The position numbers were made by a program, and so were the translations under genes. The notes under the pieces were generated by a model. That model was not told the DNA's origin and did no database searches. It was given only the letters and a program-made list of their open reading frames with translations. Below are positions 1-10,314 of a DNA stretch of 64,000 nucleotides, in pieces. Source of the DNA: an uncultured Methanoregulaceae archaeon (GTDB lineage: Archaea; Halobacteriota; Methanomicrobia; Methanomicrobiales; Methanospirillaceae); assembly GCA_963701095.1 (NCBI GenBank), contig OY969564.1, forward strand, positions 53,049-117,048, given 5' to 3'. Position 1 is the stretch's first letter. Each line of letters opens with the position of its first letter.

Positions 1-1414
1 CAAGAACAAGCGCTCGTTTCTGGTCGTCTGGCGAAAGAAGAACAAAAAAACCCTTGGGCCGTGTGTGCACATTCCCACTATGCAACCGTGCAATGATAGC
101 GATGATACCCTGCTCCCGGACCTGAACAGGAAGGCTCGCGCAGGTAAGGATCAGTTCTGCGCTTTTTTTCTGGTGACCGGACTGCACAGTATTGCAGCCA
201 ATATCGTGTACCATTGCTGCGTAGGAAAGCAGAGCTCGGTCGCGGCGGCTAAGGCAGTGGAGAGGTTTTAAGGTATCAAAAAGCCGGAGTGCCAGGACTC
301 TTACAGTCTGGGCGTGGGCTGCGTGATCCGGTACTCCTGCAGCAAGCTGCTCAAATGCATTTCGTTCCTCTTTTGCAGGAAGGGTACGACGATTAATGAA
401 CGCGGAACGCTGTCCGGAAAGTACCTGTGATTGCAGGTTATTCCAAAAGCCTGAATGGACAAGGGAGTCCCAATACCGGACACACTGCCGGTACAACAAT
501 GCCCGGCGTTTTTCGCGGTTTATCAGAAGCTTTCGGAGAGGAGAAATGGCGGATACCGATAGAGCCGGAAGCGAGTCCAGCGGCGTCCGGCGGGCCCTCT
601 GTTTTACAATTGCAAGAGACATGTGCTCGATCCAGACGTCACAATCGTGGATATCTCCCAGAAGATCCTGAAGTTTTTTTATGCGCCCGATAGGTTTTTT
701 GAGATCGCGCCGGAACAACGGCGCATACGTTTCCAGCGTATACCTCAGTTTTTTGGTTGCGATCCTGAGTGCATGATGCTCGAACACCGCATCCGGATTG
801 TGAACAAAAGGTTCAAAGCGGTATACCTCCTGCAGTCTTCGACCGATCCTTTCGGCGGCAATAGGAAGAATCCCTTCATATCTTTCCCTGTTTTTTATGG
901 GGGACTGTTGTTCGAGCGCTAAACATGCGGACTGCAGCTGGAGGATCATCTGGGAATGTTCCAGTTCATCAAGTACGACAATCACGTTTTTCTGATACAC
1001 CCCTCGCTGTTTCTGGTAACGAGTGAGAAGTGCAGTCAGGGGATTTCCCGCATCTGCCTGGTTGCCGGGGGTAGAAGTTGTCCCGGATGGTGCAGGCATC
1101 GCCTGTGTTTTAAGATATTTTTTCAGGAACGCTACCTGCACATCATTATCTCGGGCCGCACCAAGGGCACGGGTTATCTTTCGTATCTGCCGCATCCAGC
1201 GACGGTAGTCTTTTTCCGCAAAACAGGAGGAAAAAAGAGGTAAAGCAGCACGAAGCCTGCGTGAAGCCACCCGCATGCGGTGAACATGCTCAATATCTTT
1301 AGCCTCCCTGACTCCGGCAATCTCTTTTGAAAATGCATCGATAAGAGGGAGCAACCTTCCCATCCCAAACGTGCAAGAACCAGATATGGCTGGTATCGGA
1401 TCAGGAACCTGCAT
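1..1414 (-). CDS. CHAD domain + HD domain protein (polyphosphate-associated), 3'-truncated by window edge; missing from ORF track
   Basis: Manual translation from ATG at 1414 is open to base 1. It reads MQVPDP..DIEHVHRMRVASRRLRAAL..LGAARDNDV..HALRIATKKLRYTLE..LQDLLGDIHDCDV (two CHAD half-motifs), then HAQTV..AAMVHDIG..GHQKKS (Ppx-like HD). Overlaps the ppk stop. Confidence 0.85.
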   Translation of the reverse strand, partial: MQVPDPIPAISGSCTFGMGRLLPLIDAFSKEIAGVREAKDIEHVHRMRVASRRLRAALPLFSSCFAEKDYRRWMRQIRKITRALGAARDNDVQVAFLKKYLKTQAMPAPSGTTSTPGNQADAGNPLTALLTRYQKQRGVYQKNVIVVLDELEHSQMILQLQSACLALEQQSPIKNRERYEGILPIAAERIGRRLQEVYRFEPFVHNPDAVFEHHALRIATKKLRYTLETYAPLFRRDLKKPIGRIKKLQDLLGDIHDCDVWIEHMSLAIVKQRARRTPLDSLPALSVSAISPLRKLLINREKRRALLYRQCVRYWDSLVHSGFWNNLQSQVLSGQRSAFINRRTLPAKEERNAFEQLAAGVPDHAAHAQTVRVLALRLFDTLKPLHCLSRRDRALLSYAAMVHDIGCNTVQSGHQKKSAELILTCASLPVQVREQGIIAIIARLHSGNVHTRPKGFFVLLSPDDQKRALVL

Positions 1415-3493
1415 GGTACCATACCCCTTTATGATCCAGGAACCAGGATTGGGAGTCAACCGGGTCTTCTCCCGGCGCGGGATGCCTGCGGCAATAGGTC
1501 CCGTCACTTGACATCAGCCGGAGCTGGTGGTTATCTTTAAGTTCGGTGTCGAGTATGATCGAAAGAAGTGCTTTCTTTATGGAAGGATCGGTTACCGGGA
1601 AGAGTATTTCCACACGCCGGTCCAGGTTTCGTGGCATGAGATCCGCACTGCCAAGCAAAACTTCGTCTTCACCGTTATTTCTGAAATAGTAGATTCGTGC
1701 GTGTTCAAGGAATCTTCCGACAATCGCACTGACGGTGATGTTTTCGCTAATGCCGGAAATGCCAGGTCTCAGGCAGCAGATACCACGTACCTGAAGATCG
1801 ATTTTTACCCCCGCCTGGGAAGCGCGATAAAGTGCGTTGATACATGCATAATCCACAAGGGCGTTCATTTTAAAAATAAGATGTCCGCCACCATGTTCAC
1901 GGTGGTTTGCAATTTCCCGCTCGATTCTCGAAATAATAGAGGACCTGAGCGTTACCGGTGCAACGGCAAGTTTCCGATAGTCGTTAAACCGGGCATAACC
2001 GGTCAGGAAATTGAAAAGATTAGCCATATCATACCCGATATCCCGGTCGCAGGTAAACATGCCAAAATCCGTATAGACCCGGCTCGTAGTCGCGTTGTAG
2101 TTCCCGGTCCCGAGGTGCATGTATCTTCTTATGCCGTCCTTCTCCCGCCGGACAACCATACACAGCTTTGCATGCACTTTAAGGCCGACAACACCATAGA
2201 CCACGTGTACACCCGCGCGTTCTAGGGCACGTGCCCATCCGATATTATTTTCTTCATCAAACCGCGCCTTGAGCTCGATTAAGGCCGCCACTGCCTTCCC
2301 GTTATCCCTCGCCTCCATTAGAGCCTTAACAATAGGTGAATTGGATCCTACCCGGTACAGGGTAATCTTGATGGCAAGGACACCCGGGTCGTGTGCCGCC
2401 TGGCGGATAAAATTGATTACCGGTGAGAAACTGTCATAGGGATGATAAAGGAGGATGTCTTTTCTTTTTATCGCTGAGAAAATGCTCTTTTCCTCGGCAA
2501 GTTCAGGGGGGACGGATTGCTGGAACGGAATATCTTTTAAATCCGGGCGGTCAAGCGACATAAGTTCCATGAGATCTGCCATACCGACCGGGTGGCCGAT
2601 CCGGTAGAGCATATGCGAACCAATCCCCAGTTTTTTCTCGAGCATTTGGCAGGTACTTTCCTGCATTGTGCAGTCGACTTCAATCCTGACCGGCGTACCC
2701 GGGCCCGCTGTCCCATGATCTCCTCGACCGTGGTCAAAAGATCGGATGCCTCGTCCACCTCAATGTCGAGATCGGCATCACGGGTAATGCGGAAGGGGGC
2801 AGCGCCGATCACTTCGAGGCCCGGGAATAGCAAGTCGAGATGTGCAGCGACAAGATCTTCCAGGTAAACGAGATGTACTTGTTTATCGTCACGGTGTCCA
2901 GACTCCGGTATCCGTATGAGCCTTGGAAAGAGCCCGGTGGGGACTTTGATCCGGGCAAAAAGCTCCTTTCCCTTAGGATCGCGGATAGTAATGGCAAGAT
3001 TCAGCGAGAGATTAGAAATGAACGGGAACGGGTGGGCTGAGTCAAATGCGAGCGGGATAAGTACCGGAAACACTTCTTCGACAAAGTACGTGCGCAGAGC
3101 CTGCTTCTGTTCTTCATCCAGCTCACCATACGTGTGGATAAAAATACCGGCAGCAGCAAGCCGGGGAAGGATCTCGCTGTTCCAGCATTCAAATGAAAGA
3201 TCAAGATCCGGAATAAGTGCCTTTTCAATAGCGAGAATCTGCTCAGAAGCGGTCATCCCGTCAGGGGGGGCCTTAAGCATACCCTGTGCAGCCTGTCGCT
3301 GAAGCCCTGAGACCCGGATCATAAAAAATTCGTCAAGGTTGTTTGCAAAGATCGCGAGGAACTTAACCCGTTCAAGCAGCGGGTGTCGCTCATCCCGGGC
3401 TTCTTCCAGTACATGGTGATTGAACCGGATCCAGCTCAGCTCGCGGTTGATGTAAAGTGACGGAGAATCCAGCGAAGGTAAACTATCGGTCAT
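1401..3493 (-). CDS. ppk1: polyphosphate kinase 1, split by a 1-bp frameshift at ~2700
   Basis: YINRELSW, NNLDEFFMIRV, HPFPFISNLSLN, LLYHPYDSF, ELKARFDEENNI, KVHAK, GRFLEH, GSADLMPRNLDRRVE. Adding one G restores RARGTPVRIEVD. Confidence 0.95.
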
Positions 3494-3906
3494 GGTATCA
3501 CCGTAAAACTGCATACATCATAGTTATGCAGGAGCTTATTGTACTGGGAAGATAGGGAGGCGGGGTTTATCAATCCTGCACCCTGTAGGAGACCTATAGC
3601 GGTCACAAGAGTGTTACCTTGATGGGGCGTGTCAATATAGTATTCCCAATCGTTTTTTTCCAACTCGCCATTTTTGATAAATGCTTCATCTCTCCAGGAA
3701 GTTTTCAAGATAGATGGCACAGGCTTTGAAGCACCTTTTTTTTGAAACCGACACCGTTTAACCTCAGATGTTTTATATCGAATTTTTTTCAGATTTATGA
3801 AATGGTAAAAGGTATCTCACAGATTGGTTCTGTTAATATTGTTTTATTATGCCAGATCAACGGATAATAATGGAAGACAGAAAATTCGCTTGTTTTCACG
3901 TCGATT

Positions 3907-3947
3907 AGTTTCATTTTTTGAAACTTTTATTTTGGTATATATACTGA
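3907..3947 (+). promoter_or_regulatory. palindromic operator AGTTTCA-N5-TGAAACT plus TATA box upstream of HTH regulator
   Basis: Perfect 7-5-7 inverted repeat at 3907-3925; ATATATACTGA starts 12 bp later. Confidence 0.75.
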
Positions 3948-4052
3948 TAGATCAAAACTACCGATTATTGAAATTACCGACCCGGTTTTACCGGTGATAT
4001 AATCCGGTGTTTTCTGGGACCAAAAGGAAATTTTAACAGTGAAGGAGATAGG

Positions 4053-4427
4053 ATGAGAACAGAGAAAGTAACCTATTTTACAGAAAAAGAAGACGAATTT
4101 GTAACTCTTCTTATGAGGATTGGAACAAATAAGAATGTAGCAAAGGTGCTCGTGTTTCTAAACGCCAACCTCAAATCAACCTCTCGTCAGATAGAGCGTG
4201 GAACTGATCTTCGACAGTCTGAGGTTAGTCTGGCGATAAAATACATGATATCCCATGGGTGGCTCCTCGTCCATGAAAAGAAGCATGAACGAAATGCACG
4301 ATTGGTTAAAATCTACGAACTTGCAAAACCAATCACTGATATCCTGGACTCAATTCAGAAAGAACTGGAAAACGAAGCTGATAATCAGCTCATCCTTATC
4401 AGGAAGTTGCGTAAGTACAGCGAGTGA
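4053..4427 (+). CDS. winged-HTH transcriptional regulator (MarR/ArsR-like methanogen family)
   Basis: VAKVLVFL..TSRQIERGTDLRQSEVSLAIKYM..W..R..KIYEL pattern; RBS AAGGAG. Confidence 0.85.
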   Translation: MRTEKVTYFTEKEDEFVTLLMRIGTNKNVAKVLVFLNANLKSTSRQIERGTDLRQSEVSLAIKYMISHGWLLVHEKKHERNARLVKIYELAKPITDILDSIQKELENEADNQLILIRKLRKYSE

Positions 4428-4677
4428 ATCTCCCCAAACACTCCCCTTTTTCGCTGTACGGTTACTGTATTAGCGAGGTCTTGTTTCCTGTATTAGGTCA
4501 GAAAAAGAACATAAGGAAGAGATTCCATATCAATGAAGGCACAACAACCAAAAACAGCACCCCAAAGAGGGATCCTCGTTCCCTCAATAAAATACTTCAA
4601 AAAGATCTATTTCCCGCACCAGTTACTCCCCTTTTTTTCCTGAAAGAGTGTGCCGTGCTGAAGACTTCAAGGGACCT

Positions 4678-4718
4678 AGTTTCATTTTTTGAAACTATTG
4701 TTGTTGCATATATACTGA
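4678..4718 (+). promoter_or_regulatory. second copy of operator plus TATA, upstream of Kelch/PKD gene
   Basis: Identical 19-mer at 4678-4696; ATATATACTGA again at +12. Confidence 0.75.
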
Positions 4719-4828
4719 CAAAACAAATTATAGAATACAGAAATCCTCGCCCGGATCGATTGGTTATAATCCAGTTTTTTTGGGGTGGACTAATGGGTTC
4801 TGGCTATCTTTCGTTGGAATGGTTCGAA

Positions 4829-7537
4829 ATGTGTTGTAATCGATTTAGTCTTGATTGTGCAGGATTTTTGATTATTGCGTTGCTGTTTGTTGGCTCCGTA
4901 AATGCGATGACAGCGAATTTTAATGGGGCGCCCAGAAGCGGAACTGAGCCATTACCAGTAAGTTTCACGGATGATTCAACGGGCGGGCCAACCGGTTGGG
5001 CATGGTATTTCGGTGATGAAAACTGGCAGACCATCGGTTCAAACTGGACGGAAATGACCGCCAGCCCCGGATGGAATGATAGTTACTATAGTGCGGCGAC
5101 ATCATTACCTGATGGAAGCATTGTGATGCTAGGAGGGTTTGATAATGTACTGGACGTGACTCTAAACGATACATGGCGTTCAACGGATGAAGGCGCTACG
5201 TGGACTCTTGTAAACCCGAGTTCAGGCTGGCTTCCCCGATATGCATTTCCCGCCGTTACATTACCTGATGGTAGTATCGTGATAATGGGCGGCGTAGGTA
5301 ACTATTCTGCCGGGACTTTTCTGAACGACACGTGGCGGTCAACGGATGAAGGCGCTACGTGGACGGAGATGAACGCGAGTTCAGGCTGGTCACCCCGGGA
5401 ATATGCCGCTGCAGTAGCGTTACCTGACGGCAATATCACTATCCTCGGGGGGTCAGCTAATGGCGTGTATTTAGGCGATGTGTGGCAGTCGACGGATAAA
5501 GGTGCCACATGGACGAAAATAAATGCTTCCGCTTTTGGTGGTACGGGTCTGAGTGCTCCTGCTGCTGTTGCTCTCCAAGATGGCAATATTGTCGTAATGG
5601 GTGGATACTCAGGCGGTCATGGCAGAACTAGTAAAACGTACCGGTCAACGGATGAAGGTAAAACATGGACAATAGTTAATGGAAGTGGCGGTTGGCAAGG
5701 TCGAGACCGGTTCCCCGCAGTTCCATTACCTGACGGGAGTATAGTGTTCGCCAGTGGCTATTCTGGCGCCGCAGCCCTCAATGATACCTGGAGGTCGGCG
5801 AACGAAGGCGCTACGTGGACTGAACTCAACGTGTCAGCTCCGTGGCAGGCGCGAAATGGTGCCGATATGGTTTCTTTACCGGATGGAAGTGTCGTGATAT
5901 TATCCGGACAGATTGCTACAAATGTAGGTTTTGATGACGTTTGGCGGATGCAGACCGCATCAGCATTTGGTGAGAATCCGGTTCACATTTATACAACTCC
6001 AAGTAATAGTTTTAATGTCACACTCAATGCGTATATTTTGGGTAATATCCTTGACGAGAACAGCACAACAAAGTTTTTCTTTATCAATCCGGTATCATAC
6101 CCCGGTTTCACGTCCGTCATTCCCAGTCGCGGATCAGTCAGTATTCCAAACACGGTTCTGATTCAGGGTGGGGGGTTCAACTCAACCGGCACAACCCAGG
6201 TGATCCTGAGCAGGAGCGAGGGGCCCTCTAGTATAACGCTGAGTACTCCGGCTAACGTTTCGGTGCTCTCCAATTCCCTGATCCGTGCCACGATTCCTTC
6301 GGGCATCGCAACGGGTTTATGGAATGTCAGCGTGATATCACCGCTCGGCTACCCTGCGGATAATGCGAGTGTTACGTATATGGCGGCAATAAGTCTGACG
6401 GGAATCAACGCGATCAATGGTACACCACAGGTCGGGAGTACGCTCAAGAACGGTACGGTCGCCCCATCGGGATCAACGGCGATATTCCAGTGGACAGAAT
6501 CTTCGTCAATTAATGGACCCTACACGAACATTAGTGGAGCGACATTGGGGACATACGTCCTGCAACCCAGTGATCTCGGGATGTATGTTGAGGTCAACGC
6601 GACGGGAACCGGGCTCTATATCGAGACGGTCAACAGCACACCGGTTGGCCCGGTCATCCCTCTGGCCCCGGTATCTTCGTTCACTGAGAACACAACTTCC
6701 GGAACCGTACCGTTAGCGGTCCAGTTCAACGATACGTCGTCAAACACTCCAACCTCATGGTATTGGGTATTTGGTGACGGATCGACATCAACGGTCCAGA
6801 ATGCGACACATACCTTCAGTACCTCCGGGACGTATCAGATCAACCTGACAGCCAGTAACGCCGGTGGATCGAATACATCATCTAACCAGACAATTACGGT
6901 CGATGGTCCGGCCCCGGTATCTTCGTTCACTGAGAACACAACTTCCGGAACTGTACCGTTAGCGGTCCAGTTCAACGATACGTCGTCAAATACTCCAACC
7001 TCATGGTATTGGGTATTTGGTGACGGATCGACATCAACGGTCCAGAATGCGACATATACCTTCAGTACCTCCGGGACGTATCAGATCAACCTGACAGCCA
7101 GTAACGCCGGTGGATCGAACACATCATCCAACCAGACGATTACGGTAACCCAGTCCGGTCCAACGACAACAATTACTCAATCTTCTGGCGGTAGACCCTC
7201 GTATGGCGGTGATGGCGGGAGTAACTCACCAGCTGGAAATACCGGGCCGCAAAACCCCAATCCTGCTGGTAACACCCAAAACCAAAATACCGGTTCAGGG
7301 ACCTCCAATACTGGCAATGGTAGAGGAACAGAACAGCTCGGGCCTCTTGAACCGGCTGGCGGCCCTGCCACTGTAGTAAACCCGTCGTCTCCCCAGCTCC
7401 AGAATCCGATCATAATCACCATTGCCAATGCTCTGCTGACGCTTAAGGAAAATCAGTTCTTACTAATCACCGGTGTCGTCGGCATTATCAGTGTTGCAGT
7501 CCTGCGAAGATGGTGGATCCGGCGCCAGCAACCTTAA
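4829..7537 (+). CDS. secreted Kelch/BNR beta-propeller + IPT + PKD-domain cell-surface protein
   Basis: Signal peptide, repeated LPDGSIV.GG..NDTWRSTDEGATWT, PKD motifs W.FGDG, S/T/G/N-rich linker, C-terminal TM followed by RRWWIRRQ. The track start at 4424 runs through the promoter, so the real start is ~4793-4829. Confidence 0.9.
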   Translation: MCCNRFSLDCAGFLIIALLFVGSVNAMTANFNGAPRSGTEPLPVSFTDDSTGGPTGWAWYFGDENWQTIGSNWTEMTASPGWNDSYYSAATSLPDGSIVMLGGFDNVLDVTLNDTWRSTDEGATWTLVNPSSGWLPRYAFPAVTLPDGSIVIMGGVGNYSAGTFLNDTWRSTDEGATWTEMNASSGWSPREYAAAVALPDGNITILGGSANGVYLGDVWQSTDKGATWTKINASAFGGTGLSAPAAVALQDGNIVVMGGYSGGHGRTSKTYRSTDEGKTWTIVNGSGGWQGRDRFPAVPLPDGSIVFASGYSGAAALNDTWRSANEGATWTELNVSAPWQARNGADMVSLPDGSVVILSGQIATNVGFDDVWRMQTASAFGENPVHIYTTPSNSFNVTLNAYILGNILDENSTTKFFFINPVSYPGFTSVIPSRGSVSIPNTVLIQGGGFNSTGTTQVILSRSEGPSSITLSTPANVSVLSNSLIRATIPSGIATGLWNVSVISPLGYPADNASVTYMAAISLTGINAINGTPQVGSTLKNGTVAPSGSTAIFQWTESSSINGPYTNISGATLGTYVLQPSDLGMYVEVNATGTGLYIETVNSTPVGPVIPLAPVSSFTENTTSGTVPLAVQFNDTSSNTPTSWYWVFGDGSTSTVQNATHTFSTSGTYQINLTASNAGGSNTSSNQTITVDGPAPVSSFTENTTSGTVPLAVQFNDTSSNTPTSWYWVFGDGSTSTVQNATYTFSTSGTYQINLTASNAGGSNTSSNQTITVTQSGPTTTITQSSGGRPSYGGDGGSNSPAGNTGPQNPNPAGNTQNQNTGSGTSNTGNGRGTEQLGPLEPAGGPATVVNPSSPQLQNPIIITIANALLTLKENQFLLITGVVGIISVAVLRRWWIRRQQP
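6664..7146 (+). repeat. near-identical tandem duplication of a PKD domain (period 246 bp)
   Basis: 6664-6900 matches 6910-7146 with only a few substitutions. Confidence 0.95.
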
Positions 7538-7800
7538 TGGTTTCAGGAATTCAACGAATCTTTTCTAGGGAATATCCCATTATTTTTAAAAATTCCGGAG
7601 ATCTTGCCCCTACACGATACTCCCCTACCGGGGTTTTATTACGAGATCTAAATTTATTAGCCTTTCAGCGACGGTCGTCGTTAACAAAAAGCAAAAACAG
7701 GGTAACAAACACCATCATTTTTCCTGTCCCGAACAGACCGGTCCTTGCCGGTACACAAAAGGCTTCATTACCGGAGCAGCCAAGTATATCGGTAAATATC

Positions 7801-8454
7801 ATGACTGATAATACATACGGTGCAAAACTCCAGCGGGACGGCAAGACCTACGCGATTCAGACCCGGATCCCGGCCGGTGTCGTATCGCCGGATGACCTGG
7901 AAACCCTTGCACGAGTAGCAAAAAAATACGCAATACCCCTTGTCAAGATTACCTCCGGCCAACGATTCCTACTTGTTGGTGTACTGGAGAAGGATATCGT
8001 CAATGTCAGAAAAGATCTCGGACCGCTCGGAACGGCATCTATCACACCAGGTGTACGTTATGTCCAGTCCTGCCCGGGCATTTCGTTCTGTAAAAACGGT
8101 ACACAGGATTCCATCAGTATTGCAAAGGAGATTTCCGATGAGTATGCCGGAAAAGAGTTCCCGGCAAAGATTAAGATTGGCATCTCCGGCTGCCCGCGAT
8201 GCTGCGGCGAAAGCCGGGTCCGGGATATCGGTATTATGGGATCCGCGAAAGGCTGGACGGTCTCTTTTGGTGGGCACAGCGGGTTTAAATCGCGGATGGG
8301 GGAGCAGGTCGCCACTGGACTGTCCTCGGAAGAGGCAAAGGACTGTGTCAGGAAACTACTAACGTTCTATAAAACACATGCCGAGCCAAAAGAGCGTACC
8401 TCCCGGTTCCTTGAACGGACGGGAAATGAATGGATAAAAAAAATAATTGATTAA
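7801..8454 (+). CDS. nitrite/sulfite reductase-like 4Fe-4S/siroheme domain protein
   Basis: KITSGQR, SCPGISFC, KIGISGCPRCC..DIG; likely start MTDNTYG. Confidence 0.85.
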   Translation: MTDNTYGAKLQRDGKTYAIQTRIPAGVVSPDDLETLARVAKKYAIPLVKITSGQRFLLVGVLEKDIVNVRKDLGPLGTASITPGVRYVQSCPGISFCKNGTQDSISIAKEISDEYAGKEFPAKIKIGISGCPRCCGESRVRDIGIMGSAKGWTVSFGGHSGFKSRMGEQVATGLSSEEAKDCVRKLLTFYKTHAEPKERTSRFLERTGNEWIKKIID

Positions 8455-8482
8455 AAAATTTCCTTTAATTATTGACGTAAGA

Positions 8483-9178
8483 TCATCCATTAAAATTATG
8501 GTGCCGGTAGCAGTTTTCGATAAACTCCTGTTTCCGGTGCTCGCTTGCGTTTACCGGTGGTTTCAAGTATCCGACAGAAGGAGTCTGCTTTGCCGGGCAA
8601 AACGGGCAGAGAGCGGCATCAACATCGTTAGCCTTCTCTTTTACCGGGCAGTAATAGACACCGTCAATACACTCAACGAAATCTCCTCCGGGAAACCGGA
8701 GACCTGCCGGATGTCCTGGTTCCTGCCGGACGATCATGCAGAATCCGGCAAGTAAGAATTTTAAAAACCGGAGCCTGATGTCTCCGGGTCCGACCCGGCA
8801 CTGTTCGCATACTATTGCCCAGTATCTCTTCTCTCCATCGGTCACCGGCTCGTTCATCCGCGCAAATGCACCTGATTGGTCCATGAGCCGGATTGCCTGG
8901 TATGTCCCAAGTAAGTGACCGGCAATCGCCGTTTCGAGTTCTTTACGGTACCCTGGTGAAAGATCCCGGATTGATAATCCAAAATTTTGTTCCATTTTCC
9001 GGATGTCACGGGGCTGAAATTGCAGCACAATCCGCGCAAGGAATGCACCAATTTCGCCCCGGGTATGGAATGTTTTGAGCATGGTGCAGTCTTTCTGGAT
9101 GGCGGAAACGATCTGTTCCGGCGGGACATCCTCTGCGTTATAAGGGGTTTCCATTGCTGCACCGATTTTTTTGATCAT
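8483..9178 (-). CDS. DUF2115 (UPF0305) methanogen protein
   Basis: PGHPAG..FPGG..YYCPVKEK..ALCPFCPAKQ. Confidence 0.8.
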   Translation of the reverse strand: MIKKIGAAMETPYNAEDVPPEQIVSAIQKDCTMLKTFHTRGEIGAFLARIVLQFQPRDIRKMEQNFGLSIRDLSPGYRKELETAIAGHLLGTYQAIRLMDQSGAFARMNEPVTDGEKRYWAIVCEQCRVGPGDIRLRFLKFLLAGFCMIVRQEPGHPAGLRFPGGDFVECIDGVYYCPVKEKANDVDAALCPFCPAKQTPSVGYLKPPVNASEHRKQEFIENCYRHHNFNG

Positions 9179-9361
9179 TGTAATATAAACAGATAACGAA
9201 AGGTATCTTTTTTGGTAGAAAATTCTCGACAATACTGTTTTTTGGGTCCGGCATAAATGAAGTGCGAATACTCAAAGTAGAGCGTATTTTCGGGTTACTG
9301 ATAAACGGCTGGTTATTGTTTCTTCCTCACATTCATCTACTTGGAACCCCAATAGATCAGG

Positions 9362-9898
9362 ATGGATTCTTTTTTTATCCGATCCGAAATTCCTGAGGAT
9401 ATACCCGCAATTTATGAGGTCAATCTTCAGGCTTTCGGCCAGGATGGTGAAGCCCGGCTCGTCAGCGCTCTCCGTCATGATGGTGACTATATCCGCGGGC
9501 TCTCTCTGGTTGCAGTGCATAAAGACAAAATAATCGGGCATATTCTCTTTGTCCCGGTATCCATTGAATCGGGCGACATCCACGTACCGGCTGTCGCTCT
9601 TGCACCACTTTCGGTATGTTCGGATTACCAGTGTCAGGGTGTTGGATCAAGCCTTATAAAAGAAGGTCTGCGGGTGTGCCGGCAGCTGGGGCACCGGATT
9701 GTGATCGTAGTTGGGCATCCCACATATTACCCCCGGTTCGGGTTCACACCAGCGTCTATATCGGGGATTAAATCTCCGTTTCCCTGTAAAGATAACGTAT
9801 TCATGGCATGTCCCCTTGTTCCCGGGGCTCTTGACGGGATCCATGGTACCGTACAATATCCCCCGGCGTTCGACACAGAAGGGGCACACGCCGGATAA
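9362..9898 (+). CDS. GNAT N-acetyltransferase (YhbS-like)
   Basis: LAPLSV..YQCQGVGS, VVGHPTYYPRFGF. Confidence 0.9.
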   Translation: MDSFFIRSEIPEDIPAIYEVNLQAFGQDGEARLVSALRHDGDYIRGLSLVAVHKDKIIGHILFVPVSIESGDIHVPAVALAPLSVCSDYQCQGVGSSLIKEGLRVCRQLGHRIVIVVGHPTYYPRFGFTPASISGIKSPFPCKDNVFMACPLVPGALDGIHGTVQYPPAFDTEGAHAG

Positions 9899-10314
9899 AA
9901 TCTTGTCTTTTCTCATTCTGCCCCTTTCGGTTTACTATATCTGTAAAAAGTCCTGACTGGCTTCAAGGCGACCTTCACATCAGGTTTATGAACGGACCGG
10001 GATATCAACGAGTCTTTGTTTTTCCAAAACTCCACTTTTTCATGCGACCCTTTTTTCCTCAGAATCATACCACATTCAGAAAGGATCGCATACCCTCCCT
10101 TTTTCCTTTATTTGTGATTTTGATATTGCTGATAAACATGGCACCATTCTGGTGCAGGAAAAATATTTGTCCTTGAGCGATCAAAGTCCATGCATGGCAA
10201 AACCAAGCGGTTTTTGTTTGTGCGAAATATCTGATATTCATCTCCCCTATTTTATTATTCAAATTATTGTAAGTATTCGGGCGTAATTCAGCGTCCGATT
10301 CAACTTCAGGATGT

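Noticed and set aside
65-1243. Plus-strand ORFs at the window start and other antisense ORFs in the track
   Set aside because: They are shadows of well-supported genes on the opposite strand, such as the CHAD-HD gene.
4424-4828. Long N-terminal extension of the 1037-aa ORF (and likewise 7510, 20789, 39191, 49177, 52909)
   Set aside because: These extensions run through promoters or upstream genes, and better starts lie downstream.
6664-7146. PKD duplication as a DGR template/variable repeat pair
   Set aside because: It is an in-frame tandem domain copy, the differences are not adenine-specific, and there is no reverse transcriptase in the window.
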